A stretch of 64,000 nucleotides of DNA, from positions 269,793 to 333,792 of the forward strand of contig OZ241855.1 in the NCBI GenBank assembly GCA_965202785.1. The letters run 5' to 3'. Both the position numbers and the translations under genes were made by a program. Shown in pieces: positions 41,801 to 51,746 of this stretch. The first letter of the stretch is position 1. Each line of letters begins with the position of its first letter. The DNA is from Thermodesulfobacteriota bacterium. GTDB taxonomy: Bacteria > Desulfobacterota_D > UBA1144 > Nemesobacterales > Nemesobacteraceae. The notes beneath the pieces were generated by a model that was not told the origin of the DNA, searched no databases, and worked only from the letters and a program-made list of their open reading frames with translations.

Positions 41801-41914
41801 AGGGCAGCCACCTACTTTCCCACTCCTGAAAGGAGCAGTATCATCGGCCTATAAGGACTTAACTTCCGGGTTCGGGATGGGACCGGGTGCTTCCCCTTCA
41901 GCATAGCCACCCTA
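41801..41914 (-). rRNA. rrf: 5S ribosomal RNA, solitary copy
   Basis: reverse complement ...GGGTGGCTATGCTGAAGGGGAAGCACCCGGTCCCATCCCGAACCCGGAAGTTAAGTCC...GGCCGATGATACTGC...GGAGTGGGAAAGTAGGTGGCTGCCCT matches 5S loop B/C consensus (CCGAAC-CGGAAGTTAAG); terminal helix I AGGGTGGC/GCTGCCCT pairs with two G-U wobbles. Confidence 0.65.
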
Positions 41915-41959
41915 GACGGGAAAAACTATCACTAAAAAAAATAATGTCAAGCTAGAATG

Positions 41960-43444
41960 TCAGTCAGTATTAAAACCCCGTATTGGAAGAGCTCTTCCGA
42001 ACCTTTTGAGCTTCTTAATGGCCTTTACCTCGATCTGTCTTATTCTCTCGCGGGTAACGTTCAATTTTTTTCCTATTTCTTCAAGGGTGTATTCCTTGTC
42101 CTCATCTATACCAAAACGCATTTTAACGACTCCTTCCTCCCCGTTACTGAGGTTGGAGCAGAGTGCGTTGCGCATGATCCGGTTTAATTCTTTGGTTTCG
42201 AGCATGTCAAGCGGAGAAGTGGAAGCCGGGTCCGAGATAATATCCATCAGCCTGCAGTCGTCCTCGCCAATCGGGGATTCCAGAGAAATCGGGTCACGTG
42301 ACACCTTCATAATCTTCAAGACCTTATCAAGAGGTATGTCCATTGCCTCGGCTATCTCTTCCGGTCTGGGTTCCCTCCCTAATTTCTGCATCAGGGATCT
42401 CGAGATCTTGTTTAGCCTGTTTATATTTTCGGTCATGTGAACGGGAATTCTTATAAGACTTCCCTGGTCGGCTATTGCGCGCGTAATTGCCTGCTTTATC
42501 CACCATGTGGCGCAGGTTGAAAATTTGTATCCCATTCCATGTTCGAACTTTTCAACCGCTTTCATCAGCCCCATATTGCCTTCTTGAACCAAATCGAGAA
42601 ACGGCAACCCTCTGTTAACGTATTTTCTCGCTATACTAACTACAAGTCTAAGGTTGCACTCGATAAGTGTTTTCCTAGCTTTCTTAGTAGCCTTCTTTGC
42701 TTTTTCAAACCTTCTAAGCACCTTTTTAAGAGAAGCGATTTCCTCCTCGGAATATTCAGATTTCGAACCATTGCCAATCGCATCGTCTGAACCATCCATC
42801 ATGCAGTCACAACTCTCGCCCTCAACCCTGTCCACATATTCGACGGCCAGATTGTATATCCTGTTGGCCTGCGTAGAGGAGAAATCGATTTCGTCAAGAA
42901 GTTCTACGGTCCGTTCGTTGTTCTTTCTGATTTGCTTAGAGATCTTCGCTCTTTCGCTATCTGAAAGAGTTGGAGTATCGAGTTTCTTTCTCAGTTCTTC
43001 GGTCTCAGCAAAAAGTTCTCTTATCGGAAGAAAGTTCTTTGCGGAATTTTTATATGTTTCGCCGTCAGCGGAGGATTCTATGTCCTCGCCTTGATAGCCC
43101 GCACCGAGCGCCCCTTCTTTTATCTCTTCTTCGAGCTTGAGAACCTTTTTCATCATGAAGGGGTTCTCTATTATCATTCTCGCGATTATTTTTTTGCCTT
43201 TTTCAATCTGTCTTGCTATCTCAACCTCTTCCTCCTTGGAAAGGAGGGAGTGCTGCGCAATAGCGAGAATGTACGATCTTATAGGGTCTTGATCGGAATC
43301 GTTGCTCTTTACGTGTTTGAGCCTGTCTTCCGCTCGAGAATCAGACGGGGTATTTTGGAAACCCTGTACGGACTCAGAGAATTCCCCTTCGTTCTGTCCG
43401 TCAATTTCGTTTCCCAACCCGTTAGTCTCGTCGTTTGGATTCAA
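41960..43444 (-). CDS. rpoD: RNA polymerase sigma-70 factor
   Basis: regions 1.1 to 4 recognisable; C-terminal helix-turn-helix TLEEIGKKLNVTRERIRQIEVKAIKKL. Confidence 0.95.
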   Translation of the reverse strand: MNPNDETNGLGNEIDGQNEGEFSESVQGFQNTPSDSRAEDRLKHVKSNDSDQDPIRSYILAIAQHSLLSKEEEVEIARQIEKGKKIIARMIIENPFMMKKVLKLEEEIKEGALGAGYQGEDIESSADGETYKNSAKNFLPIRELFAETEELRKKLDTPTLSDSERAKISKQIRKNNERTVELLDEIDFSSTQANRIYNLAVEYVDRVEGESCDCMMDGSDDAIGNGSKSEYSEEEIASLKKVLRRFEKAKKATKKARKTLIECNLRLVVSIARKYVNRGLPFLDLVQEGNMGLMKAVEKFEHGMGYKFSTCATWWIKQAITRAIADQGSLIRIPVHMTENINRLNKISRSLMQKLGREPRPEEIAEAMDIPLDKVLKIMKVSRDPISLESPIGEDDCRLMDIISDPASTSPLDMLETKELNRIMRNALCSNLSNGEEGVVKMRFGIDEDKEYTLEEIGKKLNVTRERIRQIEVKAIKKLKRFGRALPIRGFNTD

Positions 43445-45234
43445 CTTGCAGTTCCTCTTCTGGTCTTTTCCATACTCACCAGATCCCTGTATTGCTCAAC
43501 AAGCTTTCTTTCAAGGGTTTTATCCGAAGAATCACGCTGCTTGCGGATTCTCTCTATTACTTGATTACGCTTAAATGCTATATCTCTCAGTTCAAGCTCC
43601 TTCACGCAATCATTTAATATTTTCTCCGAAGTCGTCTCGTCTATCAAATCATCCGAAGAAAAAATTAACTCGCTCAGCAGTTGCTGCATCTCGATTTTCT
43701 CAAAAGAACTCATCAGGGAGGAAACTTCAGTAAACTCCCCTTCACCCACACGTTTGAGAATAACCTTTAAATCGCCATTTTCAAAATCCCTGCTGATATT
43801 TTCAATCTTCTCGGCGCTCATCAGGTGGGGGAATTTAAGCAGTATCCTCACAATTTCTCTCTCATGAATGTTTTTTTCCGGAATCAAGGCCGCCGGCGCA
43901 AGCGACCCGCGGTTTCTCCCCGGATTCGGGGTTTTTACCAGAGAGAGAAACTCAGACTCTCTTATCCCAAAAAGCCCTGTTGCCTTGGAAACAGCTTCAG
44001 CACTTCGGACCGGGTCTTTTATTTTTGAAACCAAGCCCACAAGCAATTTTATCGACTCTCCGGAAGATACTTTCTTTTCCCTGTACCTTGCGAAAGTATC
44101 GTCAATAATAAAATCTGAGACATCAACGGCGGCCGCGATCAGTTCGGCGAGACTCTCAGGTCCGTGTTCCTCCAGATAATCATCGGGGTCGAGGCCATCG
44201 GGAATACGGCAAATACTTGAAGAAATCCCTTGCTCAAGAAGAAGCTCTCCGGCCCGAACGGCGGAACGTATCCCAGCGGTATCACCGTCGTAGACAATCA
44301 CCACCTCCTCACAGAAACGCCGCAGAAATCTAGCATGCTCATTCGTAAAGGCCGTTCCCAAGGTAGCAACCACATTGCGTATTCCATTTGCGTAGAGCTT
44401 TATGAAGTCCATGTAGCCTTCAACCAAGACGGCTTTCCGTTTTCTTCCGATTTCATTTTTCGAGTGATAAAGTCCGTAAAGAACGCTCTTTTTGTCGAAA
44501 ACAGGAGATTCAGGGGAATTCATGTATTTCGGCTGTTTGGATTCGTCTTCGCTCAGAGTTCTGCCGCCAAAACCGCAAATTCGTCCTGTTATCTCGTTTA
44601 TGGGAAAAATAATCCTGTTTCGAAACCGATCGTAGTGCCCGCTCCCGCTCTCTCTCGCAACGACAAGACCAAGCTCTTCGAGTTCCTTGACACCGATATT
44701 GTTTTTTGAAGCGAATTTCACGGCGGCATCCCAGCTGTCGGGTGCAAAGCCGAGCTTGAATTCCTCGATTATCTCCGAGCTGATTCCCCTCGATTCTAGG
44801 TATTCTTTAGCCCATGCGGAGTTTTTTCCTGAACTGTGGAGGTTCCTGCTGTAAAACGAACAGACAAGAGAATTTATCTCAAAAAACCTCGCCGAAGCGG
44901 CCTTTTTTTTCTTCTCACTTTTGGTGGGCGGACGCGAGGCCGGAAGCCTGACTCCGGCTTTCTTGGCAAGTTCTTTTAAGGCGTCGGGGAAACCTATATT
45001 ACTGTATCTCATCAGGAAGCCGAATACATCTCCTCCGGCTCCGCAACTGAAGCAATGGAAAAAACCCTTCTCATCATTTACATGCATGGAAGGGTTGTTG
45101 TCGTCGTGGAACGGGCAGAGCCCGATATAGTTTTTTCCAGATTTTTTAAGGGAGACAAAGCCCTGTATGACATCTACTATGCTGAGCTTTGCTTTTATAT
45201 CCGCTATCGCTGATGTGGAAGAATATTTCTTCAT
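43441..45234 (-). CDS. dnaG: DNA primase
   Basis: zinc-ribbon CPFHDDNNPSMHVN...FHCFSCG plus TOPRIM domain. Confidence 0.95.
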   Translation of the reverse strand: MKKYSSTSAIADIKAKLSIVDVIQGFVSLKKSGKNYIGLCPFHDDNNPSMHVNDEKGFFHCFSCGAGGDVFGFLMRYSNIGFPDALKELAKKAGVRLPASRPPTKSEKKKKAASARFFEINSLVCSFYSRNLHSSGKNSAWAKEYLESRGISSEIIEEFKLGFAPDSWDAAVKFASKNNIGVKELEELGLVVARESGSGHYDRFRNRIIFPINEITGRICGFGGRTLSEDESKQPKYMNSPESPVFDKKSVLYGLYHSKNEIGRKRKAVLVEGYMDFIKLYANGIRNVVATLGTAFTNEHARFLRRFCEEVVIVYDGDTAGIRSAVRAGELLLEQGISSSICRIPDGLDPDDYLEEHGPESLAELIAAAVDVSDFIIDDTFARYREKKVSSGESIKLLVGLVSKIKDPVRSAEAVSKATGLFGIRESEFLSLVKTPNPGRNRGSLAPAALIPEKNIHEREIVRILLKFPHLMSAEKIENISRDFENGDLKVILKRVGEGEFTEVSSLMSSFEKIEMQQLLSELIFSSDDLIDETTSEKILNDCVKELELRDIAFKRNQVIERIRKQRDSSDKTLERKLVEQYRDLVSMEKTRRGTAS

Positions 45235-45302
45235 TCAAAGCGACTTAATCGGTGGGGCCTTCAGAAATAACTTCCGGTGAAAACCGCGCAAATTGAGACG
45301 GT

Positions 45303-45491
45303 TTATCTTCTCTTCCTGCTTGAACTGCGCTTTTTGGCGGCAAACAGCTTCTTTTTTTTCTTTTCGCTCGGTTTTTCGTAGTATTCTCTCTTCCTTACTT
45401 CAGAGAGAACCCCACCCTTCTCAACCTGTTTCTTAAACCTTTTTAAAGCGCTGTCAATACTTTCGCTGCTACCTACTGTTATTCCTGGCAA
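45303..45491 (-). CDS. rpsU: 30S ribosomal protein S21
   Basis: 62 aa; N-terminal half resembles S21 followed by a basic Lys/Arg-rich tail. Confidence 0.9.
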   Translation of the reverse strand: MPGITVGSSESIDSALKRFKKQVEKGGVLSEVRKREYYEKPSEKKKKKLFAAKKRSSSRKRR

Positions 45492-45582
45492 AAAATCAAA
45501 ACCTCCATCCTCATGGGGCTGAAAATCCTAAAGGATAAAAAAAACGTTGTCAAATCACCCGCCGACCGCTCTCTCCCGCCGA

Positions 45583-45771
45583 CTATTTCGATTGTTCTTC
45601 CAGAAGCGGGAATTTCCCAACCTTCTCCTGGTTCTTTTTTATCTCTTCTTCGATTTTGCGGGCGTTTCCTTTCTCGAATTCATGGTCGTAGGGCTCCTGG
45701 AAAGCTCTCTGCTCTTCTAATCTCCGGCTCCAGGAATCCCGCCTGTTTCTGATTTCATCCACAAGTCCCAT
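45583..45771 (-). CDS. small hypothetical protein (62 aa, charged/coiled-coil-like)
   Basis: ORF only; no motif recognised. Confidence 0.25.
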   Translation of the reverse strand: MGLVDEIRNRRDSWSRRLEEQRAFQEPYDHEFEKGNARKIEEEIKKNQEKVGKFPLLEEQSK

Positions 45772-45807
45772 GACAATCCCCTTTAAGGTGATTTCTCCGC
45801 AACCGTT

Positions 45808-46716
45808 TCAGTTCAAAGCGACTGCCGATATTTTCATAAATTCAACCTTTTTCTCAATCTTAGGCATATACTCCCCAAGAGCGTCTATCGTCTGCGGGTA
45901 AGGATGGCCTATACCTACCGCTATACCGTTTTTCTCAGCGATCCTTACCAAGCGGTCAAGCTGCTCTATAGTATATTCCTTGCCCCGACCACTCTGGTCA
46001 ATAAAAACATCCCTTTTAAGCGTCTTTACTCCAAGCCGCCTCGCTACGCTGTATCCACGGGAGTTGGGAGTCGTAAGGCTGTCAACAAAGTAAAGATCCC
46101 TAGCCTTCAGTTCCCGCATTACCATTCTTACCGGCTCTTCATTCTCCATGAACTTAGAGCCCATATGGTTGTTGACTCCGACTATGTTGGGGACGGCCAT
46201 GATGTTTCTTCTGAGCTCCTCCCTCATCTGGTCTATCGAGAAGCCGAGCAGCAAAACTCCTTCTCCAGCGTCATCGGCCGTATAGCCGGAGGAATACTTG
46301 GGTTCCATGGGAAGGTGGAGAATCACGTCCTTTCCCCCGCGGTAAGCAGAACGCGCAGCGTACAGGGAATGGGGAAGATGCGGAAGCACGGCTAAGTTAA
46401 GGGGCTGCTTGATCCTGAGAAGCCTATCAACCGATTCTCTGTCCTGGCCCAGATCATCTATTATGAGGACAACTGCTGGACGCCGGGGCTTTTTCTCCGC
46501 AACCTTGTCCGCCGCAGTAGGTGTAGCCTCCCGGGGTGACCATCCGTCAAAAAATCTTTCGATATGCTTGAGGCCGAAAATCGAAAAGGCAAAAAAGAAA
46601 ATTAGGACCAGGACTGCGTGGGTAAGTCTCGTCGTGCGTTTTTTATCGCCGGTTTTTGCCGTAGACTGTCTTTTTCTCGTTCGCTTCTTCTTCTGACTCA
46701 AGCTCTTATTCCTCAC
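45808..46716 (-). CDS. divergent polysaccharide deacetylase family protein (YibQ-like) with N-terminal TM anchor
   Basis: VLIIDDLGQD...NNHMGS motifs. Confidence 0.75.
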   Translation of the reverse strand: MRNKSLSQKKKRTRKRQSTAKTGDKKRTTRLTHAVLVLIFFFAFSIFGLKHIERFFDGWSPREATPTAADKVAEKKPRRPAVVLIIDDLGQDRESVDRLLRIKQPLNLAVLPHLPHSLYAARSAYRGGKDVILHLPMEPKYSSGYTADDAGEGVLLLGFSIDQMREELRRNIMAVPNIVGVNNHMGSKFMENEEPVRMVMRELKARDLYFVDSLTTPNSRGYSVARRLGVKTLKRDVFIDQSGRGKEYTIEQLDRLVRIAEKNGIAVGIGHPYPQTIDALGEYMPKIEKKVEFMKISAVALN

Positions 46717-47852
46717 ATGTGCTTTACAGTTTCCAACGCCCTTGCAAGCTGCGGGTCCGATGGGACATCCTTGTCGCTACCTTCAACCAAAATATCAGGT
46801 TCTATACCCTTGTCATCTATCAGAATCCCCTTGGGGGTAAAAAGCCTCGCCGTGGTTATCTTTACTCCCGTTTCCCCCGAAAGTTCTATTACTGACTGAA
46901 CTGAACCCTTGCCGAATGTTCTCGTACCGACTATCTTCGCCCTGCCGCTGTCTTTAAGTGCTCCGGCAAGAACTTCGGAAGCACTCGCACTCCCCCGGTT
47001 CACGATTACGGCAACGTGATTGGTCGGTATATCCATTCCCTCCCTAGCGAAATATTCCTTCGAAGTCACTTTGGACCTTCCCTTCACGTTCAGGATAAGC
47101 CCTTTATCCATGAACATGTCACTAAGCGCAAGCGCCTGTTCAAGCAATCCTCCAGGGTTGTTTCTGAGGTCAAGCACAAGTCCTCCGAGCTTCGCACCGT
47201 TTTCCTTTTCAAGCCCCCTGTAGGAACTGAGAAACTCATCAGCAGAATGCCTGTGGAACTGCGAGAGCTTTATATAACCTATATCCTTTTCGATCAACCT
47301 AGACTCGACACTTCTAAGTTTCACTATTCGTCTTGTGACGGTGAACTTATGGGTTTCCTCGGTTCCGTCTCTTCTGACAACGATATCAACTTCAGTTCCT
47401 TCTCTACCCCTTATGCGGTCCAGAGCATCAACTATGTTGGTCTTCTCGGTGCTTTCTCCATCTATGGAGACGATCACGTCTCCCGATCTCATGCCGGCTT
47501 CCTGCGCAGGACTTCCTTCAATCGGAGATATAACGGTCAAAAACCCGTCGCGCACCGTAATCTCGACTCCTATGCCCTCAAACTCCCCCATAGTTCCTAT
47601 CTCAAGGTTTCTCAAGCTCTCGGATGAAAGGTAAACCGAGTAGGGATCAAGAGAATCGAACATGCCTTTTATGGCACTTTGGGTCAGCTGCTCGGAGGAA
47701 ACTTCTTCCACATAATTTTCCTCTATAAGGTTCAGGGCCTTCGCGAAGTCGGAAAGGCCTCTGTATGTATCTTCTTTTGCGAGAAGCGGGGTTGAAAAAA
47801 GAGAAGCCGGAATTAACGCGTATACTATGAAGAAAAAGCGGAACTTTGTCAT
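46713..47852 (-). CDS. ctpA: C-terminal processing peptidase (S41) with PDZ domain
   Basis: PDZ region GSPAQEAGMRSGDVIVSIDG; S41 region NRGSASASE. Confidence 0.9.
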   Translation of the reverse strand: MTKFRFFFIVYALIPASLFSTPLLAKEDTYRGLSDFAKALNLIEENYVEEVSSEQLTQSAIKGMFDSLDPYSVYLSSESLRNLEIGTMGEFEGIGVEITVRDGFLTVISPIEGSPAQEAGMRSGDVIVSIDGESTEKTNIVDALDRIRGREGTEVDIVVRRDGTEETHKFTVTRRIVKLRSVESRLIEKDIGYIKLSQFHRHSADEFLSSYRGLEKENGAKLGGLVLDLRNNPGGLLEQALALSDMFMDKGLILNVKGRSKVTSKEYFAREGMDIPTNHVAVIVNRGSASASEVLAGALKDSGRAKIVGTRTFGKGSVQSVIELSGETGVKITTARLFTPKGILIDDKGIEPDILVEGSDKDVPSDPQLARALETVKHM

Positions 47853-47978
47853 TGCGACCTACGTTTCCTGTAGTCTACCTGAAAGGAAATTTTTTTGGAC
47901 TGAGCAAGTAAAGCAAGGTTTTCGCCCTTGATGAAAAAAGGGGAATAAGATAGGTTTACGGTAGATCGGTTCACTTAT

Positions 47979-48197
47979 ATGTCAACACTTTTTACTGGAA
48001 TAATATCAGGATTTGTCAAAAGCTGCGTTTCCGACCTTCCCGAAGCATCCCGGGAGTGGGTTCCGCTGAAAAGAGCCCTTTTCTACCTGGGGGCACTTCT
48101 CATATACCCGGTCGCCCTGATCGTGGCCATGGTGGTAATTGCTACGGTCGTTCTGATCGCATATCCCGTTTCTTACATCTATCGGGCGGCGAGCTGA
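47979..48197 (+). CDS. small membrane protein, hypothetical
   Basis: 72 aa, two hydrophobic helices. Confidence 0.3.
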   Translation: MSTLFTGIISGFVKSCVSDLPEASREWVPLKRALFYLGALLIYPVALIVAMVVIATVVLIAYPVSYIYRAAS

Positions 48198-48237
48198 AAC
48201 GACGGTTATCAGCGAAACTCTCAAACAGTGGCTCGTA

Positions 48238-48978
48238 ATGCAGAAAAACCATAACATTCCCACACCGGGTCCTATCCCCAGACACGTTGTCATAATAATG
48301 GACGGCAACGGAAGATGGGCGAGGCGAAAGAATCTCGACAGGCTGATCGGTCACAGGGAAGGAATAAAATCGGCGAGATCGGTGGTCCGTGCCGCGCGGG
48401 AGATCGGGATAGAATATTTAACCCTTTACGCGTTTTCCGCCCAGAACTGGAATAGACCGGGGGAAGAGGTTCTCGCCCTTATGGACCTTTTAAGGGAGTA
48501 CCTCTCAAATGAAGGCGAGAAGCTGCTTGCGCGCAACACCAGGCTAAACGCAATCGGGAATCTCTCGAACCTTCCCCAAGACGTACGTGAACTTCTCGGG
48601 CGAGTGATGAAAATGACCGAGAAATGCGACTCCCTGACGATAACCCTGGCTCTTAGCTACGGGGGCAGGGAAGAGATAATCAACGCCGTGAACAGCATAA
48701 TCGAGGAGGGAAAGAAAAAACCGGTTTCCGAGAAGGATTTTCAGGGATATCTCTATACCTCCGGCCTGCCTGAACCGGATCTGCTCATAAGAACCGGGGG
48801 AGAAATGAGACTTTCGAACTTTCTGCTGTGGCAACTGGCCTATGCCGAAATATACGTCACGAAGACACTCTGGCCGAATTTCAGAAGAAGGCATCTGCTA
48901 AAGGCCATCGCCAATTACCGCAACAGGGAAAGAAGGTTCGGACTGACAGGAGAGCAGATACGGGAGAAAGGGCGCTAG
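48238..48978 (+). CDS. uppS: isoprenyl transferase (undecaprenyl-diphosphate synthase)
   Basis: HVVIIMDGNGRWA...FSAQNWNRP. Confidence 0.95.
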   Translation: MQKNHNIPTPGPIPRHVVIIMDGNGRWARRKNLDRLIGHREGIKSARSVVRAAREIGIEYLTLYAFSAQNWNRPGEEVLALMDLLREYLSNEGEKLLARNTRLNAIGNLSNLPQDVRELLGRVMKMTEKCDSLTITLALSYGGREEIINAVNSIIEEGKKKPVSEKDFQGYLYTSGLPEPDLLIRTGGEMRLSNFLLWQLAYAEIYVTKTLWPNFRRRHLLKAIANYRNRERRFGLTGEQIREKGR

Positions 48979-48979
48979 A

Positions 48980-50137
48980 TTGAAAAAGATCTCTATACTC
49001 GGATCAACCGGCTCGATCGGATCGCAGACCCTTGAGATAGTACGAAGATTTCCCGAGAGGTTCGAGGTAACGGGCCTTTGTGCGGGAAAAAACATTGATC
49101 TTCTTGCAGAACAGATAACGGAATTCGCCCCGAAGATCGTATCGGTTACCCGAAAAGAGGACTCGGAACGACTCAGGGAAATCGCCGGTCCGAAAACACA
49201 GATACACTACGGAGACAAGGGAAATATCGCAGTTGCTACGGAAGGCGATTGCGATCTGGTTATATCCTCCATGGTAGGTTTCCCGGGGCTTCTGCCTACA
49301 TTGTCCGCAATACGGGCCGGAAGAAACGTTGGGATAGCAAACAAAGAATCTCTTGTGGTCGCAGGAGGACTTCTTATTTCCGAGGCAAAAAATCAGGACG
49401 TTACCCTCCTCCCCGTGGACAGCGAGCATAGCGCCGTTTTCCAGACGCTTCTTGAAAAGGACCGCGAATTCCTTAAACGGATCATTATAACGGCATCGGG
49501 CGGGCCGTTTCGCAAGACCCCGAAAAAGGACCTGGAAAAGGTTACGGTCGCCGACGCGCTCTGCCACCCAACATGGAAAATGGGAGAGAAAATAACCATA
49601 GATTCGGCGACGCTGATGAACAAAGGGTTTGAAATCATAGAGGCGAGGTGGTTTTTTGACATGCCTGCCGAAAAAATATCAATCTGGGTACATCCCCAGA
49701 GCATCGTGCATTCAATCCTTGAATATGTTGACGGCTCGTTCATAACCCATCTTTCCGCCTCTGACATGAAAATACCGATAGCCCAAGCACTCTCCTATCC
49801 CGAGAGACTCGATCTCGGGCGCCCCGACGCCTCGCCGGACGATCTCTCGGACATCACGTTCGAGAAGCTAGACACAGATAAATTTGAGGCCCCCGCGATT
49901 GCAATTGAATGTCTCAGAATGGGCGGCACTTATCCAACTGTGCTAAACGCCGCGAACGAAGTGGCAGTAACAGCGTTTCTTGACGAGAAAATAAAATTCA
50001 CCGATATAATCCCAATAGTCAGGGAAACTCTCGAGCGTCACGACAAACTTGACTCGGGATATCTTGACAATATATTAGAGGCGGACAGGTGGTCTAGGAG
50101 CGCCGCCGGTTCTATAATGGAGAACCTTCTTTCTTAG
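48980..50137 (+). CDS. dxr: 1-deoxy-D-xylulose 5-phosphate reductoisomerase
   Basis: KISILGSTGSIGSQTL. Confidence 0.95.
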   Translation: MKKISILGSTGSIGSQTLEIVRRFPERFEVTGLCAGKNIDLLAEQITEFAPKIVSVTRKEDSERLREIAGPKTQIHYGDKGNIAVATEGDCDLVISSMVGFPGLLPTLSAIRAGRNVGIANKESLVVAGGLLISEAKNQDVTLLPVDSEHSAVFQTLLEKDREFLKRIIITASGGPFRKTPKKDLEKVTVADALCHPTWKMGEKITIDSATLMNKGFEIIEARWFFDMPAEKISIWVHPQSIVHSILEYVDGSFITHLSASDMKIPIAQALSYPERLDLGRPDASPDDLSDITFEKLDTDKFEAPAIAIECLRMGGTYPTVLNAANEVAVTAFLDEKIKFTDIIPIVRETLERHDKLDSGYLDNILEADRWSRSAAGSIMENLLS

Positions 50138-51726
50138 TGATGACTACTATCCTGGCTTTTATCTTCGTAATAGGAGTTCTGGTCTTTTTTCACGAACTGG
50201 GACATTTTCTGCTCGCGAAAAGAAGCAATATCAGAGTCGAGAAGTTTTCTCTGGGTTTCGGCCCTAAACTCGTTTCTTTTGTAAGAGGCGAAACGGAATA
50301 TCTGATTTCAGCCCTTCCCCTCGGGGGATACGTGAAGATGTACGGTGAGGGCAAGGAAGATAACGTAATTGTCGAAAACGTTTCGGGCACTGAATCGCCA
50401 CTTGCCTCAGGGGACAGAATTACCGGGATAAAAGGATTCAATCTTAAGGAATATGCAAGCTGGGAAAGGCTTCTCTACGCACTAAAATCAGACCCGCACC
50501 AGGAAAAAGAACTCGAAGTTGAAAGAGATGGCAAGATCCACACCCTCACCGTCAGCAGCCTGACCCTTTACGATATAGAGGCTTACTACGAAAAGGACTA
50601 CCACAGGGGGTTTTCCGGCAAGTCTCTTACAGACAGATTCCTGGTGGTCATAGCGGGGCCGGCTATGAATTTCATAATTCCCTTTTTCTTCATGCCCCTT
50701 GTGTTCATGTTCGGCATAAGCGTCTCAGGTTATCTGGAAGATCCTCCTGACATAACTTACGTAAAGAAAGACTCTCCCGCCCATCTCTCAGGATTCACCG
50801 CGGGCGACAGGATACTCAGCATAAACGGAAAAGAAGTCAAAAACTGGAAAGACGTGAACATCGCTGTTCACTCAAATCCCGATTCGCTGCTTGAATTCAA
50901 GGTGAAAACCGGAAACGAAACCAGAATTCTCACCCTTTTCGCCAAAGCCGGTTCCGATGGCAGAGTAGAGACCGGATTCGCAAGGCCCATAGAAGCAACC
51001 ATAGCGGAGGTAACCGAGGGTCTCCCCGCCTGGGGAGCGGGGATACGTCCGGGAGACAGGATCAAGGCGATAGACGGCGTAGAGGTTACGGACTGGAACC
51101 ATATGTCGGACATAATAGTTGAAAGCGGTGGCAAGGAGCTTGATTTTACGATTGAGCGTGGTGGAGAAAAGATGCATTTTCGCTTGGCGGCGGAAATGCA
51201 AGAAGACATCGAACGCTACATAGTCGGCATCACACCAAGCACAGACAGAGTGCTTAAAAAATACGGTTTCTTTGAATCGATTAGCAGGGGAATAGCAGAA
51301 GCGGCGCGTATGACAGTTGAGATTACCATTCTTTTCTTCGGCTTCCTGTTCAAGCTCGTAACAGGGAAAATAGCGCTCGCAACAGCCGGAAAGACGGTCG
51401 CGGGGCCGCTTCTCATCGCCAAGGTATCAGGGGACGTCGCTCAAAGCGGCATATCAAACCTCCTCCAGTTCACCTCGCTTATAAGCATAAATCTCGCGCT
51501 CATAAATCTTCTCCCCATACCGATGCTCGACGGAGGACACCTGCTTTATCTAGCGATTGAGAAAATAAAGAGAAAGCCGCTTAGCATAAAGACCCTCGAA
51601 ATAACCCAGCGAATCGGGTTTTCCTTTCTTATTTTCATCATGGCGGCGGCTCTGTATAACGACATTCTCAGGATGCGTGGAGACATATTCTCGCAGTTCG
51701 GCAGAATTCTGGACCTTTTCCGGTAA
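50137..51726 (+). CDS. rseP: RIP site-2 metalloprotease RseP with two PDZ domains
   Basis: HELGHF zinc motif; LDGG motif; 529 aa. Confidence 0.9.
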   Translation: MMTTILAFIFVIGVLVFFHELGHFLLAKRSNIRVEKFSLGFGPKLVSFVRGETEYLISALPLGGYVKMYGEGKEDNVIVENVSGTESPLASGDRITGIKGFNLKEYASWERLLYALKSDPHQEKELEVERDGKIHTLTVSSLTLYDIEAYYEKDYHRGFSGKSLTDRFLVVIAGPAMNFIIPFFFMPLVFMFGISVSGYLEDPPDITYVKKDSPAHLSGFTAGDRILSINGKEVKNWKDVNIAVHSNPDSLLEFKVKTGNETRILTLFAKAGSDGRVETGFARPIEATIAEVTEGLPAWGAGIRPGDRIKAIDGVEVTDWNHMSDIIVESGGKELDFTIERGGEKMHFRLAAEMQEDIERYIVGITPSTDRVLKKYGFFESISRGIAEAARMTVEITILFFGFLFKLVTGKIALATAGKTVAGPLLIAKVSGDVAQSGISNLLQFTSLISINLALINLLPIPMLDGGHLLYLAIEKIKRKPLSIKTLEITQRIGFSFLIFIMAAALYNDILRMRGDIFSQFGRILDLFR

Positions 51727-51746
51727 AATTACCTACGAGCAAGCCG

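Noticed and set aside
41801-41914. Plus-strand orientation for the 5S-like element, or a different ncRNA
   Set aside because: The loop-C consensus (CCGAAC..GGAAGTTAAG) and terminal helix pairing are only obtained on the minus strand.
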